A stretch of 64,000 nt of DNA. Source: a virus. Shown piece after piece: positions 10,979 through 20,271 of this stretch. Location: the IMG/VR virus record IMGVR_UViG_3300037104_000911, positions 2,818 through 66,817 of that record; one strand, 5' to 3'. The translations under genes and the position numbers were made by a program. The first letter of the stretch is position 1. The number at the start of each line of letters is the position of its first letter. Below the pieces are notes generated by a model that had not been told where the DNA came from, ran no database searches, and was given only the letters and a program-made list of their open reading frames with translations.

Positions 10979-11977
10979 ATGCTGGCATCAATTCAAAAAG
11001 TTCTGAAGGTTGACCCCATTGAGGGTGCTGATAAAATAGAAAAAATAAAAGTTCTTGGGTGGGAACTTGTAGCGGCAAAAGGAGAATTCAAAGAAGGGGA
11101 TATTTGTGTTTATATTGAAATAGATACAGTAGTTCCTGATAAACCAGCTTTCGAATTTTTAAGAAAACATAATTTTAGAATTAAAACAATTAAACTTAAA
11201 GGTCAAATCTCTCAAGGAATTGCATTACCATTTGATCTGAAATATATTCCTTTTAAAGATTACAAAATAGGAGATGATGTTTCTGAGTTAATTGGAGTTG
11301 AAAAATATGAAAAACCAATTCCTCTTGGTATGGGTGGAAAAATCAGACGAGCAGGATTGCCCTTTGGAATTCCAATTACAGATGAAACTAGGGTTCAATC
11401 AATTCCTGATATTATAAATGAACTGTATGGAGTTGAGGTTTATTTTACAACCAAATGTGATGGAACTTCAGCTACTTATGCAATAAAAAATGAAGATTAT
11501 CATGTATGTTCTAGAAACAATAGTTATTTTAAAGATGAAAAAAATGTTTACTGGAAAATATCTGATAAGTATCAAATTGAAGAGCAGGTTAAATCTTCAA
11601 AGAAAAATATTGCAATAAGAGGAGAAATTTGTGGACCAGGAATTCAAAATAACAAACTCAAATTAAAAGATCATGATTTATTTGTGTTTGATGTTTTAGA
11701 TCTTGATAGTTATGAATATTATAATTATCCCGAGATTCTACAAATTTGTCATCTTATGGGATTAAATATGGTTCCTTTAGATCATATAATAACTGAATTT
11801 AAATATACTTTAGAAGAGTTATTAGTTTTAGCTAAAGGACTATATAAAGGAACTACTAATAGAAGAGAAGGTATTGTTGGTAGACCTGTTTCTAAAAAAA
11901 TGATTTCTGCTTCAAATAAAGGAAGAATGTCATTTAAGGTTCTTAATAATGATTATCTACTAAAAGACGAGGAATAA
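10979..11977 (+). CDS. ATP-dependent RNA ligase, DRB0094/Rnl2-like family
   Basis: N-terminal LASIQKV..PIEGADKIE; motif I TKCDGTS; RGEICGPGIQ; REGIV; SFKVLNNDYLLK. Confidence 0.9.
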   Translation: MLASIQKVLKVDPIEGADKIEKIKVLGWELVAAKGEFKEGDICVYIEIDTVVPDKPAFEFLRKHNFRIKTIKLKGQISQGIALPFDLKYIPFKDYKIGDDVSELIGVEKYEKPIPLGMGGKIRRAGLPFGIPITDETRVQSIPDIINELYGVEVYFTTKCDGTSATYAIKNEDYHVCSRNNSYFKDEKNVYWKISDKYQIEEQVKSSKKNIAIRGEICGPGIQNNKLKLKDHDLFVFDVLDLDSYEYYNYPEILQICHLMGLNMVPLDHIITEFKYTLEELLVLAKGLYKGTTNRREGIVGRPVSKKMISASNKGRMSFKVLNNDYLLKDEE

Positions 11978-11979
11978 AT

Positions 11980-14245
11980 ATGTTTGAAACCACTGGTAAA
12001 TATACAACCGCTAAAATCATGATTGATCAGGTAGATGAAAATTGCATAGGTCAAATCATCCAAATGATCAATCATGAAGCATTTACAAATCCAGTTTCAA
12101 TTATGCCTGATTGTCATTCTGGAAAAGGATCTGTAATTGGATTTACTATGCCAATGGGAAATAAATTAGTGGCCAATGTTGTTGGTGTTGATATTTCCTG
12201 TGGTATGCTTTCTTGTAATGTTGGAAAAATAAATATCAACCATGAAGAACTTGATCAAAAAATTCGTGAAAGAATTCCTTTTGGAATTAATATTAATAAA
12301 AAAGGAAAGATACGATTAGATCAAGAGGTTCAAGAAATATGTAAAAGAGTTAATTGTGAGTTTGAATATGCTGTTAAAAGTTTAGGAACTTTAGGTGGTG
12401 GTAAATTGATTGCCTCCAGACCTTAATCTGAAATTCTCTCTGATTGACTTGGAAGTCCAGTCATGGATGACAGGGCGGAAGCTGTATTTAAAAAGATACT
12501 TGCACCGTGAGAGACTAAGCGAGAGAACACTTTTTTTAATAAAAAGTGATGCGATAGTCCGACCATAGTAGTAATGAGAACAAAATAAAAATACTATGGA
12601 TTAAAAAAGTGAGGTGTATGTTTATTTGTTTGATTTGTTGGACTACATTTTCTACTTCAAGAAAATTAGCTTCTCATGTTAAAAATAATCACAAACTTTC
12701 TATAAGAGAATATAAGGAAAAATTTAATCTTTTATATTATTGTGAAGTTTGCGGAGAAGAAATATCCCACAATAAAACAAATTGTTGTAATCATTGTAGA
12801 GATAGAAATGGAGAAAATAATCCATTTTTTAATAAAACTTTTTCAAAAGACGCACTAGAAAGAATATCATCAAAAAATAGAATAGCAACAACTGAAAAAT
12901 GGAAAAATGAAGAATATAGATCTAATATAATTTCAAAAGTTTCTAAACCAAGACGAGAAGGATTTAAAGAAGAGCAATCTGCTCGAGTTATAAAATGGTA
13001 TAAAGAAAATCCTGATCAAAGAGATATTAGATCTATAGCAATGAAAAATAGTTGGGAAAATGGATTAATAGTAAAAAATGAATATTCTTGTAACTCTAGT
13101 GTGATAGAAAAGAAATTATTTGAACAACTAAAACAAATAAATGAATCTTTTGAAGAAAAAGCTACATTGAAAATTAATAAAAAATGGTTTTTCCCAGACA
13201 TTATTGATAAAGAAAGAAAATTAATAATAGAATATTTTGGAGATTATTTTCACTGCAACCCGAAAATTTATAAAGAAGATTATTACAATGAAAAAGTAAA
13301 TAAAACTGCGAAAGAAATATGGGAAGCAGATAAAATAAGAATCGAAAAATTTCAAAATATTGGATATACTGTTATTGTTGTCTGGGCAGACGATTTTAAA
13401 GAAAATCCCACCATAATTATAAATCAAATCAAGTCACACCTCACTTAACATCGAATCATTTCATCGAAGTAGGTCGTTCACAAAATACAGATGATATTTG
13501 GATTACTGTTCATTCTGGATCTCGAAATCTTGGAAAAAGGGTTTGTGAATATTGGCAGGATAGAGCTTCTATAAAAGAATTTGGCGATCCTAAAGAAATA
13601 ATAAAAGCTATTAAACAAATTCATCCAAAAAAAGAATGGAACATGCGAATCTTGAAATTTAAATCTGAGATGAAAAAAGTTAAAACTTCTGAGCTAGATT
13701 TTCTTGAAGGGAATGATGTAAAAGGTTATATGGATGACATGGAATTTTGTCAATCATATGCTTCAACTAATAGAAGAATCATTATGGAGGAAATTCTTTT
13801 TATTTTAGGAAGTCCATCTATAAAAGATATGATTGAAACAATTCATAACTATATTGATTTGTCAGACAAAATCATAAGAAAAGGTGCTATTAGATCTTAT
13901 ATTGGAGAAAGAATGATTATTCCTTTCAACATGAGGGATGGGATTCTATTATGTGAAGGAAAATCAAATCCAGATTGGAATTTTTCAGCACCTCATGGAG
14001 CAGGAAGAGTTTATTCAAGAAGTAGAGCAAAACAAGAACTTGATTTAGAAAAATTTCAAGAAGATATGAATGGGATATTTTCAACATCTGTTGGTAAAGG
14101 AACAATTGATGAATCTCCAGATGCCTATAAAGATTCAAAAATAATTGAAGAAGCAATTGAACCAACTGCAAAAATATTGGATAAAATAATTCCCATTCAT
14201 AATATGAAAGATGTATCAGACGAAAAACCGTGGAAGAAAAAATAA
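11980..14245 (+). CDS. rtcB: RtcB 3'-phosphate/5'-OH RNA ligase, spliced (exons 11980-12402 and 13454-14245; 404 aa)
   Basis: MPDCHSGKG..IG, VGVDISCGM; joining the exons restores LGTLGGG|NHFIEV; VHSGSRNLG, HNY, SAPHGAGR..SR, IDESPDAYK. Confidence 0.93.
12403..13453 (+). mobile_element. Group I self-splicing intron in rtcB
   Basis: Exon 1 ends in U and intron ends in G; IGS TGATTGCCTCC pairs exon 1 GGTGGT (P1) and exon 2 AATCA (P10); R-like GAGACTAAGCG and S-like GATAGTCC; removal restores frame. Confidence 0.9.
12618..13448 (+). CDS. Intron-encoded homing endonuclease (Zn finger, NUMOD3-like, Vsr/DUF559-like)
   Basis: GAGGTG SD; GENNPFFNKT; FFPDII..LIIEYFGDYFHCNP..GYTVIVVW. Confidence 0.85.
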   Translation: MFICLICWTTFSTSRKLASHVKNNHKLSIREYKEKFNLLYYCEVCGEEISHNKTNCCNHCRDRNGENNPFFNKTFSKDALERISSKNRIATTEKWKNEEYRSNIISKVSKPRREGFKEEQSARVIKWYKENPDQRDIRSIAMKNSWENGLIVKNEYSCNSSVIEKKLFEQLKQINESFEEKATLKINKKWFFPDIIDKERKLIIEYFGDYFHCNPKIYKEDYYNEKVNKTAKEIWEADKIRIEKFQNIGYTVIVVWADDFKENPTIIINQIKSHLT

Positions 14246-14463
14246 ATAAAATGGTTCCATCTAAATTTTAAAATAGAATGACGGGCATTATTCTTAATTT
14301 TATTTTTTAGAAATCATATTGTCATGTTCTTTGACAACCCGAATATTTAAGAAGTTATAATATATAAAATGACTATTTATAGTCTAATAGAAAGTAACCT
14401 TGTAGTAAAAGTAAAAGACATATGATGGAACCATTTTATTTTTAATAAAAAGGAGAGTAAAAA

Positions 14464-14640
14464 ATGACACAAAGAGAAATGTTTGAAAAAACATTTGAAA
14501 GACCAAAAAATTATTTTGCTTTATCATTTAGGGAACAGTGGGAAATTGATAAACAATTAGGAATTCTTGATTGGGACGGTAAAAGTTTATCAAAAGAGGA
14601 TGATGAAAGGTTTTTAAATCATTATAATAAAAAGGTATAA
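14464..14640 (+). CDS. Small hypothetical protein (58 aa)
   Basis: AAGGAG SD; MTQREMFEKTFERPKNYF..LGILDWDG; not in ORF track. Confidence 0.6.
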   Translation: MTQREMFEKTFERPKNYFALSFREQWEIDKQLGILDWDGKSLSKEDDERFLNHYNKKV

Positions 14641-14642
14641 AA

Positions 14643-14813
14643 ATGAAAGCATCTGTTTATATTAAAGATGGAACTAAAGTTGTAAAGGAGTTTTCTGGAA
14701 ATCCTGAATTATTTACTAAGTTAGTTTTTACCAGTGGAATTGAAATTCATACAGTTTATGATATAACTTTTTATCCACCTTATGAAATCTCAAAAATTAT
14801 TATTGAAAAATAA
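14643..14813 (+). CDS. Small hypothetical protein (56 aa)
   Basis: Open frame abutting the previous gene. Confidence 0.5.
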   Translation: MKASVYIKDGTKVVKEFSGNPELFTKLVFTSGIEIHTVYDITFYPPYEISKIIIEK

Positions 14814-14844
14814 ATACATCAAACTTTCAAAAAGGAGTTAACAA

Positions 14845-15177
14845 ATGAGAACTTCAAATTTTCAAAGAGCTGGAAAAAATCCAAAGTCAGTTTCTATAGC
14901 TGGTTTGGGTCCATCTTTTTTTAAAGGTAGAGAATATAGAAAGTTAGCTCCTAAATTTTGGTTTTTTAAAAAATTTAAAAAAGATGGAGATGCAGCTTTT
15001 TATACTATACAATATAAAAAAGAAGTATTAGATACGTTAAATCCTAAAACAGTTTATGATGAATTAGGAGAAGATTCAATTCTTCTTTGCTGGGAAAGAC
15101 CTGGTGAATTTTGTCATAGGCGTTTAGTGGCAGATTGGTTTAAAGAAAAATTAGGAATTGAAGTTAAGGAGTTATAA
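14845..15177 (+). CDS. DUF488 family protein
   Basis: KLAP, LLCWERPGEFCHRRLVADW. Confidence 0.8.
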   Translation: MRTSNFQRAGKNPKSVSIAGLGPSFFKGREYRKLAPKFWFFKKFKKDGDAAFYTIQYKKEVLDTLNPKTVYDELGEDSILLCWERPGEFCHRRLVADWFKEKLGIEVKEL

Positions 15178-15179
15178 AT

Positions 15180-15674
15180 ATGGATGATTTGGAAATTGGA
15201 AGAATCAGATCTTGTGTAGGATGTGGATTTTGTTGTATTAAATCTCCTTGTTCAGCTGGAGCTAGGCTTTATGGTTCAGCTGTAGTTAGATGTGCTTCTC
15301 TTGAATGGAGAGAAACAAGATACTATTGTAAGCTTATGGAACTTCCTGGTTCACAAGGTGAATCTTATAGAGAAGAATTATCTGCTGGAGCAGGTTGTTG
15401 CTCTAATTTAAATAGTTGGAGAACTGATGTTAAAGATAGATTTCCAAAAGATGATACTAATATTTTTTATCTAGATCCCATATTTCAAGAATTTTTAAAT
15501 TGTTTAGGTAGAGAATTTGTTTCATCTGATTCTATCAAGTTATCTTTATATTCAATGACAGATGTATTACAAAAAAAGGGATGGGCAAAAGAAAATGCGG
15601 TAAAAGTTTGTAGTCATATAATGAAACATATAAAACAAAATAGATCAAGATTTATGGAGAGTTTTATGCCATGA
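15180..15674 (+). CDS. Cys-rich (Fe-S/Zn) hypothetical protein
   Basis: CVGCGFCCIKSPC..C..C..GAGCC. Confidence 0.6.
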   Translation: MDDLEIGRIRSCVGCGFCCIKSPCSAGARLYGSAVVRCASLEWRETRYYCKLMELPGSQGESYREELSAGAGCCSNLNSWRTDVKDRFPKDDTNIFYLDPIFQEFLNCLGREFVSSDSIKLSLYSMTDVLQKKGWAKENAVKVCSHIMKHIKQNRSRFMESFMP

Positions 15675-15907
15675 TGATTTTATGTAGACATAAATTAGAT
15701 ATTGTTCAACCAGATGGTTATCAATATTGCAAAAAATGTGGGTTAGCTTTTTTAGCACCAAAAGTAGTTTGCGAACATAAATGGGTTAAAGATTCTAAAA
15801 TTGAGCATGAAACATGGGGTAAAGTTTCAGGAATAACAATAATTTTACAATGTTCAGACTGTGGAGAATTATCAAGTAAACAATTTGGATATACTCCAAA
15901 TTATTAA
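15671..15907 (+). CDS. Zn-ribbon hypothetical protein
   Basis: CxH..CxxC..CxH..CxxC. Confidence 0.55.
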   Translation: MMILCRHKLDIVQPDGYQYCKKCGLAFLAPKVVCEHKWVKDSKIEHETWGKVSGITIILQCSDCGELSSKQFGYTPNY

Positions 15908-15923
15908 GAAAGGAGGATTAAAA

Positions 15924-16235
15924 ATGTTCAAAAAAATTATAGCGATTATGGTGTGTGTTTGTTTTCTTTTTGCAACGATAGGGTGTGGAGGAATTACTAA
16001 AACACCAGTTCAAGGTGAAAAAGCAAAACTTGCACGGGTTACAGAAAAAGGAATTTTTGGTGGAGTCTGTGCTGGATGGGCATATTTTACAGGAACACCA
16101 ACCTGGATGTGGAGAGCAGGATTTGTATTTAGTTGTATCGTTTTCGGAACTGGAATGATTGCTTATTTACTTTTATGGGCATTTATGCCAGCATTTGATA
16201 AAACTCCATATGACTACGATAAAAGAATTGAGTAG
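15924..16235 (+). CDS. pspC: PspC-domain membrane (lipo)protein
   Basis: KLAR..GIFGGVCAGWAYF..R..YLLLWAFMP; signal/lipobox-like N-terminus. Confidence 0.8.
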   Translation: MFKKIIAIMVCVCFLFATIGCGGITKTPVQGEKAKLARVTEKGIFGGVCAGWAYFTGTPTWMWRAGFVFSCIVFGTGMIAYLLLWAFMPAFDKTPYDYDKRIE

Positions 16236-16298
16236 AAAATAGGTTTAGTAACTACATAATTTAAACAATAAACTATTAAAAGAAAGAGGAGGAGAAAA

Positions 16299-17093
16299 AT
16301 GAAAAAAGTTGATTTTTTGATTATTGATGCACAGAATGATTTTTGTGACCCAAAAGGAAATCTTTTCGTTACGGGTGCAGATAAAGATTCTGTGAGGTTG
16401 GCGGATGTTATCAAGAGAATGAAAAAGCAAATCAATGATATTCATGCAACTCTTGATACTCATCATCTCATTGATATTGCTCATCCAATTTTTTGGGTAG
16501 ATAGCAAAGGGAATCATCCCAACCCATTTACTCTCATTTCGGAAGATGATATTTCGAATGGAAAATGGCGAACCACAAACCCTCAGTTTCAAAAAAGAGG
16601 AGTTGAATATGTGCAATATCTGAAAAAGAACAACAGATATATGTTATGTATTTGGCCTCCTCATTGTCTTATTGGAAGTTGGGGGCATAATGTTATAAAA
16701 CCTGTTTATGAGGCATTTAATGAATGGGAAGCTGATTTTGCAATGGTTGATTATGTAACCAAGGGAAGTAACTTCTGGACTGAACATTATTCTGCAGTTC
16801 AAGCAGATGTTCCTGATCCCAAAGATCCAGACACAATGTTAAATACAAGGTTGATTCAAACACTACAACAAGCTGATGTTATTGCTATTTCTGGACAAGC
16901 TTTGAGTCATTGTGTTGCAAATACAATCAAAGACATTGCAAATAATTTTGGCGAAGACAATATTTTGAAGTTTGTCTTGCTGGAAGATACTTGTTCCTCA
17001 GTTCCTGGTTTTGAGCAACTTGGGATTGATTTTGTCAAGGAAATGACAGGACGAGGAATGAAAACCTGCAAAGCAGCAGATTTCAATATTTAA
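16299..17093 (+). CDS. pncA: Nicotinamidase (isochorismatase family)
   Basis: LIIDAQNDFC, TLDTH, WPPHC..GSWG, KG, ALSHCV catalytic motifs. Confidence 0.85.
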   Translation: MKKVDFLIIDAQNDFCDPKGNLFVTGADKDSVRLADVIKRMKKQINDIHATLDTHHLIDIAHPIFWVDSKGNHPNPFTLISEDDISNGKWRTTNPQFQKRGVEYVQYLKKNNRYMLCIWPPHCLIGSWGHNVIKPVYEAFNEWEADFAMVDYVTKGSNFWTEHYSAVQADVPDPKDPDTMLNTRLIQTLQQADVIAISGQALSHCVANTIKDIANNFGEDNILKFVLLEDTCSSVPGFEQLGIDFVKEMTGRGMKTCKAADFNI

Positions 17094-17107
17094 GGAGGAA
17101 TAAAATA

Positions 17108-17857
17108 ATGCCAAAACTTATGACCGATAATATGGATCTTACGAAGCTTCCTGGTGGTGGAGGATTTCAATTTTCTCACATCAGACCAGAAAATCTTGGA
17201 GCAACTGAATATACACTTGTTTCCATTGTTTGTGATATAACAGGAAGTGTTAATGGATTTCAAGATGATCTTCTGAAATGTGTAAAAACTGTTGTTGATG
17301 CGTGTAAAAAAAGTCCGAGAGCTGAAAATCTCTTAATCAGATTTACAATATTCAACAATATTGTTGGAATATCTGAAATTCATGGATTTAAACTTTTATC
17401 TATGATTGATCCAAATGATTATAAACCTTTTAAACCAAATGGTATGACAAATCTTTTCGATGCATCTTATGAATCAATTGGAGCAACCTTAGCTTATTCC
17501 AAAAATCTCATGGATCAAGATTTCAATGTAAATGGAGCAGTATATATTATCACAGATGGTGTAGATAATAATTCACAATTTAATTTTTATTCCATTAAAA
17601 AACAAGTTGAAGATTCAAAAAAATCAGAAATCATAGAATCTTTAATTACGATTTTGATTGGAGTAAATACACAAGATTGTAGTCAATATTTAGCTAATTT
17701 TAAAAACGAAGCTGATTTGACACAGTATGTTGATTCTGGTGATGCAACCCCTCAAAGACTTGCAAAATTGGCTGCATTTGTAAGTAAGTCTATTTCGAGT
17801 CAATCTCAAGCTTTAGGAACAGGCGCTCAGAGCGGACCAATCAGTGCCACATTTTAA
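17108..17857 (+). CDS. vWA domain protein (TerY-like)
   Basis: MIDAS-like DITGS, GMT, IITDGVDN; C-terminal FVSKSISSQS. Confidence 0.8.
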   Translation: MPKLMTDNMDLTKLPGGGGFQFSHIRPENLGATEYTLVSIVCDITGSVNGFQDDLLKCVKTVVDACKKSPRAENLLIRFTIFNNIVGISEIHGFKLLSMIDPNDYKPFKPNGMTNLFDASYESIGATLAYSKNLMDQDFNVNGAVYIITDGVDNNSQFNFYSIKKQVEDSKKSEIIESLITILIGVNTQDCSQYLANFKNEADLTQYVDSGDATPQRLAKLAAFVSKSISSQSQALGTGAQSGPISATF

Positions 17858-17879
17858 AATATAGGTCCTTTATTTTTAT

Positions 17880-17908
17880 CCCCCACTCTTATTTTATGGA
17901 GTGGGGGA
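17880..17908 (+). terminator. Hairpin/terminator
   Basis: CCCCCACTC/GAGTGGGGG stem. Confidence 0.55.
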
Positions 17909-17932
17909 ATTTATATATCAGGAGATTTAAAA

Positions 17933-18166
17933 ATGATTACAGAATATACTGTAGAGAATCTTAGCAAAGAAGATCTAAAAAAACTTTTTAGAAAGCATAA
18001 AATAACTGCTAGAAAGCATGAAGGTGACGATCAATATTCATGGGCAGTTTTTGTCAATAATTCTCCAAAATTTTTAGGACTTTCAAGATCAGAAGTAGAT
18101 TATTATAAAAAACTTGTCCTAAAAATAATTTTACCAAAGGAAAAAACGAATGAATCCAAGAATTAA
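17933..18166 (+). CDS. Hypothetical protein
   Basis: SD plus ORF. Confidence 0.6.
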   Translation: MITEYTVENLSKEDLKKLFRKHKITARKHEGDDQYSWAVFVNNSPKFLGLSRSEVDYYKKLVLKIILPKEKTNESKN

Positions 18167-18362
18167 AAAAATACTAGAAGAGATGGAATACCAAAGATCT
18201 ATTGAAGAAAAAGATGCAAAAGAATATGCCCTCAGGTCATTAACAACAGGAAGTATTAATGATAAAGAACAATATAAATCTAGAGCAATGACTTCATATA
18301 TTAAAGAACAGACATGGACTCATGCACTAAGTATAGTTAAAAACCTTTCAGTAGGAGATTAA
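18150..18362 (+). CDS. Hypothetical protein
   Basis: ORF in operon. Confidence 0.55.
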   Translation: MNPRIKKILEEMEYQRSIEEKDAKEYALRSLTTGSINDKEQYKSRAMTSYIKEQTWTHALSIVKNLSVGD

Positions 18363-18364
18363 AA

Positions 18365-18727
18365 ATGGATCAAATAGAAAAATTAATACATCATAAAAAA
18401 ATATTAAATATTATCATTATAATTTTAATATTTCTTATAATTTTTCAGTTATGGTTTTTATATTATAAAATTTCTCATTATAAAAAAGAATTAATTAATA
18501 TAGGTCAAACTCAACAATATCAAACCTTTTATTCTTCTGGATTACCAGATGGGTGGAGAATTGAACAAAATTCTATTACAAAAGAATGGCGATGGTGCAA
18601 TACTAACGATTATTGCGATAGTTTTGTAGAAAATTCAAAAGAAAAAGCTATAGAAAGCGCTATTAAATTTCAAAAATTTAAATATGATAGAAACGAAGGA
18701 ATATATTCAGATAAAAATTGGAGGTAA
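18365..18727 (+). CDS. Membrane-anchored hypothetical protein
   Basis: N-terminal hydrophobic helix; LPDGWRIEQ..WRW segment. Confidence 0.6.
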   Translation: MDQIEKLIHHKKILNIIIIILIFLIIFQLWFLYYKISHYKKELINIGQTQQYQTFYSSGLPDGWRIEQNSITKEWRWCNTNDYCDSFVENSKEKAIESAIKFQKFKYDRNEGIYSDKNWR

Positions 18728-18729
18728 AA

Positions 18730-19572
18730 ATGATAAGAGTTGACGCATATTTTACAAATGGTAATGTTCATAAAACTTGTCAGGATTATGCACTATACGG
18801 AGAAGACCCATTACCATATGTGATAATATGTGATGGGTGCTCTTCATCAAGATTTACAGATATAGGTGCAAGGTTGATTGCATTATCTGCTAAAAAAGTT
18901 TTATTAAGTTCACTTAAAGATATGGAATTTGAAGATATTACCGATGATTTTTTCTATGACTTCAAAAGTAATATGTTGCACGAAATGTCTGTAGCACTAA
19001 GAGTTTTAGAAATACCAACTGAATGTATGGATTCTACTTTAATAGTTTCATTTATAAAAGATAGAATTATTCATACTATTTGTTATGGAGATGGTCAAAG
19101 ATTAATAATTTTTAAAGATAACAATTATTGGATAAAAACTATTTCTTTCGATGGAAATGCTCCATATTATCTAGCATATCAAATGGGTATAAATTATGAA
19201 AGAAATAGAATCTTTAAAAATTATGCTAAAAGTAAAGATAATTATTTAACAAGATATGTAGAAGTAGATCTATGCGGAAATATAGAAAAAATACCAACAA
19301 AGTTTGATGACTTTATGATAGATCAAATGCCTATAAAAGATATAAAATCTTATCTTGTTATGTCTGATGGAACTGAATCTTTTGTGAATCGAGAAACAGG
19401 TGAAAGAATTCATTATCAACAAATTCTTAATGAATTTTCATCTTTTAAAAATACAAATGGTGAGTTCATAAAAAGAAGAGTTGGTCGAGCAATTGAAGAT
19501 TTAGTAAAAACAAATATATATAATACCGATGATATTTCAGTTGCTGGATTTTATTTTTCAGAAGAGGAATAA
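18730..19572 (+). CDS. PP2C-like protein phosphatase
   Basis: HKTCQDY, ICDGCSSS, STL, YGDG, MSDG, DDISV metal-binding motifs. Confidence 0.85.
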   Translation: MIRVDAYFTNGNVHKTCQDYALYGEDPLPYVIICDGCSSSRFTDIGARLIALSAKKVLLSSLKDMEFEDITDDFFYDFKSNMLHEMSVALRVLEIPTECMDSTLIVSFIKDRIIHTICYGDGQRLIIFKDNNYWIKTISFDGNAPYYLAYQMGINYERNRIFKNYAKSKDNYLTRYVEVDLCGNIEKIPTKFDDFMIDQMPIKDIKSYLVMSDGTESFVNRETGERIHYQQILNEFSSFKNTNGEFIKRRVGRAIEDLVKTNIYNTDDISVAGFYFSEEE

Positions 19573-19575
19573 AAA

Positions 19576-19875
19576 ATGGAATGGAGTGGAAATTCAGAAC
19601 AAAAGCAAAGAGAACGAATTAAAAAAAGGGAAGATATAGAAACAAATTGGAAACCATGGTTTGCTTGGTATCCTGTTAAAGTGGATAAAACAGAAACAGG
19701 AGAAGATATTAAAATGTGGTTTGAGTGGGTTGAAAGAAGAGGTATATGGATTTTACATGATCTTTTTAATTTTCAACCTACATTAAGATTAATGGTTGAG
19801 TCTCGCGGTGGTGAATATAAAACCACAGATTATGATCATGGATATTGGGTTTGGAGGTATAGAAAGAAGGAATAA
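19576..19875 (+). CDS. Trp-rich hypothetical protein
   Basis: WKPWFAWYPVKV..WFEWVERR. Confidence 0.6.
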   Translation: MEWSGNSEQKQRERIKKREDIETNWKPWFAWYPVKVDKTETGEDIKMWFEWVERRGIWILHDLFNFQPTLRLMVESRGGEYKTTDYDHGYWVWRYRKKE

Positions 19876-19877
19876 AA

Positions 19878-20075
19878 ATGGATAAATATTTTTTAAAAGC
19901 AGATTGGGAAAGTTTTTGGACAGAAGTTGCAAAAGAAATATGGGTCAACGCAGAAAGAGAAGCAGGATTTCGAACAAGATTCCCAAGGGATGATCCCGAA
20001 TATTTATCTAAACCCGCTACTGGAGGATTTTCTGGTCACGGAGTTTCTGGAAAAATAGAATATGATAAAACTTGA
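19878..20075 (+). CDS. Hypothetical protein
   Basis: ORF in operon. Confidence 0.55.
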   Translation: MDKYFLKADWESFWTEVAKEIWVNAEREAGFRTRFPRDDPEYLSKPATGGFSGHGVSGKIEYDKT

Positions 20076-20271
20076 AGAAGCGGTAGAAAAAGCTTGTAAA
20101 GAAAAAACATTGCTTGATGCTTTAACATTTATCTGTATTTGGGAATGTGGTAGAGCAATTAATCAAGCACGTTTTAATTATGGTTCAGGAGCAAATGGAG
20201 CAGGTTGGGATACTTGTTTTAAACTTTGCTTAGAATCTGTAATGAATAAATGGAAGGAATTAAACAAATGA
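20062..20271 (+). CDS. Hypothetical protein
   Basis: ORF in operon. Confidence 0.55.
   Translation: MIKLEEAVEKACKEKTLLDALTFICIWECGRAINQARFNYGSGANGAGWDTCFKLCLESVMNKWKELNK

Noticed and set aside
11980-14245. rtcB as a pseudogene disrupted by an insertion
   Set aside because: Splice-site U and G, the IGS pairings and exact frame restoration indicate a group I intron.
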